A DNA stretch of 64,000 bases from Pseudogymnoascus verrucosus (taxonomy: Eukaryota): assembly GCA_001662655.1 (NCBI GenBank), contig KV460262.1. One strand, given 5' to 3'. Positions 37,909 to 47,830 of the stretch are shown piece by piece. Every line of letters starts with the position of its first letter. Position 1 is the first letter of the stretch. Both the position numbers and the translations under genes were made by a program. The notes under the pieces were generated by a model that searched no databases, was not told the DNA's origin, and worked only from the letters and a program-made list of their open reading frames with translations.

Positions 37909-40900
37909 ATGGAGGATCCACGAGAATTCATTGAGGGGATTGCAAGAAGCAAAGGTTCATTCACCGAATCGTTTAGACAGCAAGCAGATGAGGAGGCAAG
38001 ACAAGGACGCAGAGGAATGCTGCAAGCCATCCAGGGCGCTGAAGAAATCCGGGAGGATCTTTCGAAGGCGCTAAACATGTACTAGATCAATTTCCTTGCC
38101 CGATTCGAACTTCTCATAGTGTAGTGCTAACGTGTTTGCTAGCATATCCGCCGATTTATACACGAGCAGAGCTCGATTCCTCATGGAAGTCATACAAAAT
38201 GCAGATGACAATCAGTATCTTGCGTCATCTACACCAACACTCTGTATCAATGTTACTCGTCGACTTGTCAAGATCGAGTGTAATGAAACAGGATTCACCG
38301 AGGCAAACGTCCAAGCTCTGTGCCGGACAGGACGGAGCTCCAAGCCTCCCGGCCAAGGCTACACAGGAGAGAAAGGTATCGGCTTCAAGTCGGTATTTAA
38401 GATTGCTAAAAGAGCACATGTACGCTCTCCGCCCTACTATTTCCAGCTAGATAGGGCTAGGATGCTCGGGATGATTACTCCTCAATGGGACGAAGAATAT
38501 TTTGCAGCCCATTCGCAGGATTACCAGACTACAATCATTCTGGATCGAATCTGCGATGCTTCGACGAATTTTGCTGCTGCTCTAGAACTCGATATAGAGG
38601 CAATCCACCCTATGGTTATATTATTTCTCCGCCGGTTAGAGAGGCTGCAAATCACCCTACACCCATCTGCCTCCTTGCAAAATGAAGCCAGAATGTCAAG
38701 ACGTTTTCGCCGCTACACCAATGATGCTTTATTCCCAGGAATCACGACTCTCGAGAACGAGGATACTGGGACAAAGGAGCATTTCTATAAGGTACAATAC
38801 ACGTCCGCTTTTAATGGAACAGAGGAACGTCGACCAAACTTGACTCAGACTGATATAGTGCTGGCTTTCCCTGTAGAGCTAGTCTCTAATACATGGACAC
38901 CTAGACCGAAGCAGTTACACACATATGCATATCTTCCTCTTGGAAAATTTGGCTTTCAAGTAAGACCCACGGCGTAGGGAACCAAAACGTGCTTGCTTAA
39001 TTTGATATCAGTTTATTGTACAAGCAGATTTTGTCACTACATCAAACCGCCAATCTGTAGACGAAGACAGTCCTTGGAATACTAATATTGCTAGAGCCAT
39101 CCCGCAAGCGTTTGTCGATGCAGTTGCTGCTTTTAACAGGGTATTCCCCGACTCGGCGCAGTCAGCACAGCTGTCAAAGACTTGGCTAGTGTTCCTTGGA
39201 GTTACTTCCGCTGAGCCAAGTGAGTACTGGCGGAACATACGCAGAGGTATTGTGAAACGTCTAAAGAGACGTGAGGTCATCCAAACTCGATCTGGGAGCT
39301 ATGCATCCCCGCCATCGTTAATGTTCTTGAGCTGGGCAAAGGACCGCGATGGAGAGCCCATATTTGGTTCGAACAACGGTTATGTCTCCTCGGCGTACCC
39401 GGCCTCTGTGCATGGAATCCTTGGCATTCTAGGAGTCGGCACCCCTGACTCGGAGTGGATTTCCACGGAGCTCCAAGATTTACAGCGTAGCGGCTCTCTT
39501 CATGACAGGAGTCGATCATCAGCATGGTACTCTGACCTTGCAAAAGTGATCCTCACACCAGGAAAATCCGCACGCCATCCTACATATAAATATGAGCTGC
39601 GCAAAATACCACTCATACCTCTTGTAGATGGTCTGTGGAGTGTTGCTCCCACAGTGTCTACTCCAATTTACTTCCCTCAGAGTCTAGGAGCAAGGATTCC
39701 GTCCGGATTGCCACTACTTTTGGTCGACGAGGCGGCATGCAAATGTAAACATCGGACAAAGCTGTTTGAGTTGCTGGGCGTGAAGTACTGCGATGCCAGC
39801 AATATTGTGAAGGAAATCGTTGGCTACCATACAAGATTTACAAGAGCCAACCATTCCGATATCGTGGGTCATGCCAAGTATCTTTATCATGCTAAAGATC
39901 AGTTAATAGGGAATGACCTGAAGAAAATATATTTTGCAATCGCTGAAAAAGGTTCGTTCCTCAAAGGATCCGACTTATATACAGATAGTCCGCCCTCAAC
40001 AGAACTTTCCGAGCTATTTTCTGGGTATGGGGATGCTCGGTTTCTTCATCCTGATTACTTCCAAGACCTTCATGCTATAGAGAAGAGGCAGTTCATAGAT
40101 TGGCTGAAATCCGAGGCGGACATTGCTACAGTGCCACGCCTAACAACGCAGTACGATGGGCTGCACGATGATTTCCGCTGGATTTTGGAGAACAGAAGTG
40201 ATCGCGTATTAGATATCATACGCCGACATTGGGATGTCTATAGTTCTAAATTCACAAGCCAGATACAACGACAGTTTGCGCACCGCACCTTCCTCTGCCA
40301 AACCGGAAACCTAGTTCCCTTGCGCCAGAGCTTTATACCCCTCCCCGGTTTAGTGCAAAAGAGTCATGAATTGTGCGGTTCCGATTCCTGCTCTTTCTTA
40401 GTCTTATCCGGTTGTCTGCCAAGAGACTGGAGATTTCTTTCAACGTTTGATGTAGGGACAGAAGATAACCTTGACTTTTACCTGTGGATTCTGGAGCAAC
40501 CCGGATTTAAGGTGAATCCTAGTGTTGAGAGAGCGAAGAGGCTCTATTCTGAGATACAGTCACGAGCAGGATCTAATGCAGAGAAAGTGAGCGTGAGGTG
40601 AGGATGTTAACCCCTCGCACTAACCAATGTCAATATGGCAGTTTGGATTCCCGACCACTGACTTATATAAATAGAAATTCATTCTGCAAAAATGTCATCG
40701 CCTTACCAGATAATACTTTTGTCTCTGCAGGGAACTGCGTTTACTACGCGCCTCGAGGCTTCCAAGCTAAGCCATCTCTATTGGCGATATATGGGAACGA
40801 CCTATCTAATCTGTTCCAAAACATCCTATACATAAAGTTTGCCTCTCATACTGAGGCTCTTGAATATCTTTATCTGATTAGGTCCAACGTATCTACAACG

Positions 40901-43719
40901 ATGCAAGCTGTATCGAGTGTGTACGAATACCTTCAAGTTTTTTGTCCAGCAATGTGAGCAATCGTTAGACTATTAGACTACTACATTACTAACATGCTGT
41001 AGAACAATCGATCCGAGGAATCGTATTATTGCTATACCATCTGAAACAGGATCGCTTGAGTGGAAGATGCCGTCTGAGTGCGTGTGGGATGACTCGGAAT
41101 TCTCTCAAAACGAGCTACAACTTCGAAGCAAAATTGCGATGGAACAGATTATTAAGCAACATGCTCCCGCTGCTGCATCATTCTTCACTGCGATTATCAA
41201 GCTCCCAAACGCGGGAATCGATGAGCTACTTAGTGATCTCAGATTACTGCAGCAAGATGGAAGTGACGATTCGGCAACTGTATTCCGGCTGTACGAGAGA
41301 ATCGAGGTGTATCGTCGCAGCTCGGTAGAAAAGATTAAGTGCGTTCCATAAGACTGACTCTGAAAGGTTTTCACTAACATAATTGCAGAGACGCTTTTCA
41401 AACTAAGCCCCTAGTGTTTCTTCGGGGGTATAATGGTAATCGTGGCCGCTGGCTAAAGCTCGAGGATTGTGTCTGGAGCCGGACGATTCTTCGCACTAAG
41501 TATGCCTTAATGAGCACACTTAACCAATATCGGAGTCTATTCCGAGATACTTTAGATGTGCCGAACGTGACACTGAAGATGTTGGTTCAGGGGTTCATCA
41601 GCACCAGTGATACACCTTGGGAATATAGCAAAGACTTGCTACTTGACATAAGTCGCAAAAGAGAGACAAATAATGAATTAAGGCTATTGCAAGGGGTGAA
41701 GTGCTGGCCCTGTCGTTTGCCAACTGGCGAACCAGCGTTCTGTGCAGTTGGAGATTTCTTCGTTAACGACCGGCAAAACCTCTTTGAAATTTTCAAAGAC
41801 TCTCAAACTTTCTTAGATCTCGATTTTGATGATTCTCGAAGGGTTACAGACCTACTTCATAAGCTGGGTTGCGTTTCGTTTCTTTCGGAGCAAGTCAAAG
41901 TGAATACAGAAGCTCATCTGCCGCTTCAGAGTGACCATGAGATGTCACAAAACTACCAAAGACGTGCTGATGCTCTAAATAGGTATGTTACCCTATTTCA
42001 ACCTAGTGGTGGAATCAGATTACTATCAACTGAAGATCGATTAACGGTAGCACAGGTACTTCGAGCACTACAAGTGCCGTTCTAAGTATTTCCTAAAGCC
42101 CTTGTTGGAGACCGTGAAGGTGTGGATAAGTCCGAACATCGAAACTCATTACCACCTAGCACGCGGATTGTCTCCGCAGATATTTACTGTAACGAGGGTC
42201 GAGGGAGGCTCTTCCGTACGAGTCAACGACACAAGCGATGACGCGAAGCCTGTTCTAGAGATCTATCTCTCTTCGGAACAAAAGAAGCGCGATTGTGCAT
42301 TAGTGACCGACTTTCCGAAACAGCTCCTAGAAGCGCTTAAGGTTCGACCTTTTAATGCTGCAACAGAGCTTCATCAATATCTAGAGGTCCCATTGGAGTC
42401 GCTGAATATGCTGCTGGTTAGGAAAGGCATCATAGGAGAAATCCTGTCTTCATCTGCTAGCTCAGACACTTCTGAGAGTGATGAGATGAGTGATGATGAG
42501 GATCAATTGCAGTGGCGTGGACTGGTTGCCCCTTTGGCAACCCCTGAGCGACGCTCCGGTGTGACGCCTTTTGCAACACCATTGACTGAGTTGTCGAGAC
42601 CCTCAGCAGTGGTAACTGGGCAATCTGTCCCATCTACACAATCGCCTCGGAATCCGGAGTTTATTTCCAGGATATTAGCAGTTGAAACTTCGTTCCGCAA
42701 TCCCTTCTCACGGAGTGGCTTCCTAATACCTCCCGAGAGACCAGAAGAAGCGCCACCTACGGAGCCAGTTACCACTGCAGGTATATATAGCACAAGCAAT
42801 CGTAGTCGAAATACAGATAGACTCCGGCAATTCGCTCAACATTCGCGCACCGGCCTAAATGCTTCAAGAAGTGGAACCAGCAGCGCCGTCAACACCCCAA
42901 TTGCGGCAGCATTCGATATGACAGAATTAGGATCAGCTCTCGAGGATTCTCGGGCTTCGGTAGTTCCCGCCACCCTGGTGTCCGTTTGGAGTGCTAGGCG
43001 CCCACAAGCAAGGCTTATCCCAGATCGCAATCAAGAAGATAGGGCTCGGGATTTTGAAATCGGTTTCCTAGGAGAGCACTATGTAAGTGATCCTGTAACC
43101 TCTCCGATCGGACGGGTGGATTGACTGACTTGGCATCTAGGTGTTCACGGTTCTACGTGACCAGCTCAGGCTGCCCAATTTCAGTGGCCAGGTCCATTGG
43201 ACGAGCTCATTGCGGTCTCGTGCCGGATTCAGCACCTGCCGCGACGGCCCCTCCGACTTTACCTACCCAGACACGGAGGGAGCTCTTACCCGTTACCTCC
43301 AACAAATGCTGTTTCCATACACGAAACCAACTTGGCTTGACACAGTCCTCAGCGACGGCAACAAGCCAACGTATCTCCTCGAAGTGAAAAGTACGCCATC
43401 TCGAAACCCCACGACTCGCTTCTTTATGAGTGGACATCAGCACGCTTTGGTATGTCTAATATAAACGCTCGCCTTACTTTACAAACGAGGATAACATGGA
43501 ATTAATTGCTTACACTCACGCTAGGCAAAGCGCTTACAGGTAACGTCCACTCGACCGACGCAGATATATGTAATAGTTCGCATCTCAGGTCTAGACGCTC
43601 TAGAAGATGGTGCGACTCATAAACCGCAGTGGAGGGTGTACCTCGACCCGTATAGTCTCGGCGAACAAGGCGTCTTGGGCTTCTACGCGCCTACTTATAC
43701 CGTGACCGCTGTTAGTTGA
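37909..43719 (+). CDS. Large sacsin/NO VEIN-like protein: N-terminal GHKL (HATPase) domain and C-terminal DUF3883-like PD-(D/E)XK nuclease fold; ~9 exons
   Basis: RFLMEVIQNADDN, NETGF, GEKGIGFKSVF and FAYLP-like YAYLP..FIVQADF..SNRQ. C-terminal GFLGEHYVF..SDFTYPD..YLLEVKST..FFMS..Q. Approximate exons: 37909-38078, 38143-38959, 39012-~40590, ~40675-40953, ~41002-41338, ~41389-41982, ~42056-43082, 43141-43449, 43525-43719. Confidence 0.85.
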
Positions 43720-43855
43720 GTGCGGAGAAAGGGAGGCCGATGTAATGTACGCAGCATCAGTTAAATACAAGGAGATTCCGAGAAGGCCCTACTAGCATTT
43801 TATAGTTGCAAGTAGTCTACTACAGGATATGTTCTACATATGAGGTGTATTTACC

Positions 43856-43974
43856 ACATACGACCATAGACTCAAGAGAATTGGGCATCCCGTCCGCTCT
43901 GCCATACACAAGCTTGAGATCGGTGGATTAGTAGTTGGGTGGGTGACCACCAGCGAATACCCACTGTTGTATGT
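43856..43974 (+). rRNA. Intact 5S rRNA gene (119 nt)
   Basis: ACATACGACCATAG...CTGTTGTATGT with complementary termini (helix I), ascomycete-type CATCCCGTCCGCTCTGCC and box C-region GGATTAGTAGTTGGGTGGGTGACC, followed by T-runs (Pol III terminator). Confidence 0.97.
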
Positions 43975-44453
43975 TTCTTTTGCCTCATTATTTATTTTTT
44001 TGTTGCTTGTGTGGATAGTTGTCAATGGGTCAGCTCAGGTTAGGGGGATGCTCGGGTCGCCTACGTTCTATATCTAAGGCCCGAGGCTCATAACGGATAT
44101 CCATCGGTATCCCCAACTAGTCACTTACCCGAATAAGTCCAACACTTTGTCTACCGATTCCTCCTGCACGACAAGACCACTTCTCCAGATCATGCTTGGC
44201 ATTGAGCTTAACAGGTCTCAGGAGGTGCGGCATCTACCCCGCATCTACCCCACAACTTCAGCCCGCCAGCAAGGGTTGGGGAATGGAAATGGTTATCCCA
44301 CTTCGAAGTGGGATAACCATTTCCTGTAGAGCCTAATACTCGAGTATATAAAGAGCGACATCCCACTATGATGATTCTAGCCTCGTTATCAGAATTTAGA
44401 TCGCTTCTTTTGTTACAGGTTACTGGGTGAAGCTTGGTGGACTTTTTGCAGAT

Positions 44454-46153
44454 ATGTCGGCCTTAAATGCTGTGGAAGATAAAGCCGGGGAGGAAATTTT
44501 CAAAAATGACGATGGCGAGAAGAAGGATGGGTATAGGGTTGCGGAGGAGGATGTCTCTCTTGAGCAGAGACAGATGGAGGCGAGAATCATGTGAGTCCTT
44601 ACTTTCTTCACTCTCAGATATCAAGAGCACCGCTAAAGTTCACGCAGGCGCAAGGTTGACTGGCGTCTAATCCCCATCCTCGGCATCCTCTACTCAGTAT
44701 CAGGTCTCGACCGCGTCAATGTACTTTCCCTCTCTCTCTCTCTCCCTAACCTCCCAACCCCTCCCACTCAGCCCACATCACTAACAACCCACAGATCTCC
44801 AACGCCCGCGTGGCCGGCATGGACAAAGACCTCCATTTTAATATCGGCAACCGCTACAGCATCGCGCTCCTGGTCTTCTTCATCACCTACCTGCTCTTCG
44901 AGATGCCGTCCACGCTCATCATGCGCTACATCGGCCCGCGGGTGCAGCTGTCTGCTCTCGCTATGAGCTTCGGCGCCGTCATGCTTGGGATGGGGTTTGC
45001 GAATGATTGGCGTGTTATTGTGGTTTGTCGGATGCTGATTGGAATGTTTGAGGCAGGGTTTTTGCCTTGTTGCATGTACCTCCTCTCGTGCTGGTATATG
45101 CGCTATGAGGTGCAAAAACGCATGGCGATGTGGTATGTCGTCAACTTGTTCGTGTCGGCCTTTGGCAATATCCTTGCCTATGGAATTGTGAAACTAGATG
45201 GCGCGCACGGAATTGCGGGCTGGAGATGGATCTTCATCATTGAGGGAGCTCTAACAATCGGCGTTGCGATCATCGGATACTTCATCGTCCTCAACTTCCC
45301 CGACAGCATCCTCGCCTCAGGCAAGAATGGATACTTCACCCAAGCCGAGCTGGAGGTTGTCATGGATCGCGTAGAGCGTGACCGAGGCGACAGTTTACCC
45401 GATAAGTTGACGAAGGAGAAGTTCTTCAGGCATATCTCCTCGTGGCAGCTTTGGGTCTATGGCTTCATGTTTCTTTGCTGCTCGGCTCCGATTTATGCTT
45501 TTGCGTATTTTATTCAGACGATTTTGAAGACGATGGGGTATTCGACTGCAGTCGTGTTACTGTTGTGCGCGCCGCCCTATCTGTTCAGTGCGATTTGGAC
45601 TGTTGCTGTTGCGTGGGCAGCGGACAAGACGAAGCTTCGGATGCCGTACATGGTCCTGAACGCGGTCATCACGCTCGTGGGGCTGCTGTTGACAGCATAT
45701 TGCAAGGTGAGTCCCCATTCCGATTTGCTTTGCATCGACTAACAGAACAGAACAACGGCGTTCGCTACTTTGGCATCTTCCTTGGAGTATCAGGCTGCAA
45801 CGGAAATCTCCCCACAATCATCGCGTTTCAGAGCAATAACGTTCGATCTGACAGCCGCCGCTCAGTTGGTTCCGGTATTCAATTCGCATTCGCCGCCATC
45901 GGGGGGATCTACGCTTCATGCACGTTCATACAGAAGGAAGGTATGAATTCACTATCTGATATGATGTAAAACTTGGATCTGACCTGATATAGCTCCTTCA
46001 TACCCTACCGGAATATGGTGCGCCGTAGCCACCCAGTTTCTCCTCGCGATTTTGGTTGGAGTGATGACTCTGCACTTCAAACGTGTGAACAAGAAGGCTG
46101 ATGAAGAGGGATTTGTCCTCCAGGAGGATGTCCATTTTAGACACACATATTGA
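44454..46153 (+). CDS. MFS transporter, allantoate/nicotinate permease (Dal5/Tna1-like ACS family); exons 44454-44590, 44648-44720, 44795-45706, 45751-45940, 45992-46153
   Basis: RKVDWRLIP..LDRVNISNARVAGM, EMPS, RMLIGMFEAGFLP, LSCWY, GIAGWRWIFIIEG, APPY and C-terminal FRHTY. Confidence 0.92.
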
Positions 46154-46972
46154 GCCGGTCCTCAAGCTTAGTGCGATGTGTCTCTATTATACCATCCTAT
46201 AATAACTCTCAAAATGTTTCCACTTCAAGGCTGCCAATAGGCGTAGAATGGAGAATTGTAGCCAATATTGAAAGGAGTAGGTGGATACAGCCAGTCGGTT
46301 AGGTGATGGATTTGCGGTCTCGGTTGAAATATCCAAGGTTGGTACGGTTGGTGCGCGGCTTCCCACCGTCTCAGTAAGAGTAACTTGTCTGTGTACCCTT
46401 TGCAGCAAGAAAACTAATATCTCCGTTAGCAGCACTATGCACAGTGTTAAGTCTCGCGTACTTTTGGAATACCTCCCCCACGTCCATGTGCTTGACTTTA
46501 GTGGCACTAGAGAGAGAACGTTGTTTAACTTAACTTAATGCATTCTGTTCTTTGGATGTTTTCTGCTTAAAGTAGCCTCGCGACTGTACTAGAACAGCTT
46601 GTCCTTCTTTAGAGAGTGTTTTCTGTCCTATAGTACTAAGAAAGTCCTTAAAAGTGAATGAAGAATGTTATAGATGGTAGACTGCAAAATGTAGACATTA
46701 GGGGAGCGTATCTTTTATACAATTTTCTAGCTCACCCTCGCTCACCTTCGCTCACCTTCGCTCACCTAGGTACTAGATTATCCGTAGCCATCTAAAGGCA
46801 TAGTGCATTATGTTCATTACGTCTTAATACGAGATCCACTTCGTGCGTGTTAACGTGGCTGCCATTAGGTAGCTAAGGGGGACAACTAGATTATCGTAAG
46901 GCATCAAAAACTTAAGGGCGGTAACGCTTACCCACTAGTCTAAATGGCACCGTCCTGAGTATTAATCCACTT

Positions 46973-47038
46973 CAAGCTTGAGATCGGTAGATTAGTAGTT
47001 GGGTGGGTAACCACTAGCGAATACCCACTGTTGTATGT
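46973..47038 (+). pseudogene. 5S rRNA 3' half starting at CAAGCTTG
   Basis: Matches nt 54-119 of the intact copy with three transitions and a T-run terminator. The sequence upstream is not 5S. Confidence 0.93.
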
Positions 47039-47159
47039 TTTTGCCATTTTTTTTTAGCCTTTTCGGAGTATCATAGCTAAATACTAATTAACAGTTTTGA
47101 GTTTGAATATCCATTAGTGTGCATGCTTGCACTTATAGTCCAATAACCGAATCACTATC

Positions 47160-47220
47160 ACATACAACCATAGACTCACGAGAATTGGGCATCCCGTCCG
47201 CTCTGCCATACACAAGCTTG
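47160..47220 (+). pseudogene. Second 5S rRNA 5' half (nt 1-61), interrupted after CAAGCTTG
   Basis: Two mismatches to the intact copy and the same breakpoint as 36352. Confidence 0.93.
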
Positions 47221-47830
47221 TAATTCAGTGAATTGATGCTCTCAATCATGCTGATAGGCATAGCGTGGAATATGTGCCCCTTGCCGCCTTAAGGGGTGAA
47301 GCGAGGGTGAGCAGGGTGAGCTGAGGGGAGAGCAAGGTGAGCGGGGTGAGCAGGGTGAGCGAGGAGAGGCGACGTAACAGTTTCACGTCAAGTTCGCGTT
47401 AATTTCCGTAAATAAAGTCTCGCGCCCTCACTAAATTGAGGGGCCGCGTATCCACGGATCCACCTAATATACGTGGACAACTGTTCTTCACGCCCACTCA
47501 AAATTGGAGCGCTTTGAGAAACTCGATCCAGTCAAAGATAGCTCAGGTCATTCTCATTTATTATTGGCAATAAACGCCGTACAGCTGTGATTCTGGCCCC
47601 AAGAATCATGCAGACTAAGGCACATATTCTGACGTATTGGGTGTAGTTTCGTACAGTAGAGTAGCTGGGAGATGGACTCACACGGTGACGTAGCAAAGTG
47701 ACGTAGAAAATTGACATATCATATTTACTAAGCAAAGGCCACAGTATGATTATTAGAGAGATTTCTTCCATCTCGACCTTTGTTAACCTAATGTCGCCAA
47801 TTCTATTTTCTTCATCACCCTTCTAAATTC

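Larger units (their letters stand above)
36353..46972 (+). mobile_element. Putative 5S-rDNA-targeted cargo element A (Starship-like, no captain gene), ~10.6 kb
   Basis: Bounded by complementary 5S halves with the 8-bp direct repeat CAAGCTTG (36345-36352 and 46973-46980). GGTGA(G/C)C-type repeats at the left end and inverted GCTCACC repeats at 46730-46767. Pairing of these two ends is inferred. Confidence 0.6.

Noticed and set aside
47280..47365. CRISPR-like repeat array
   Set aside because: Units are 7-10 bp without unique spacers, and the context is eukaryotic.
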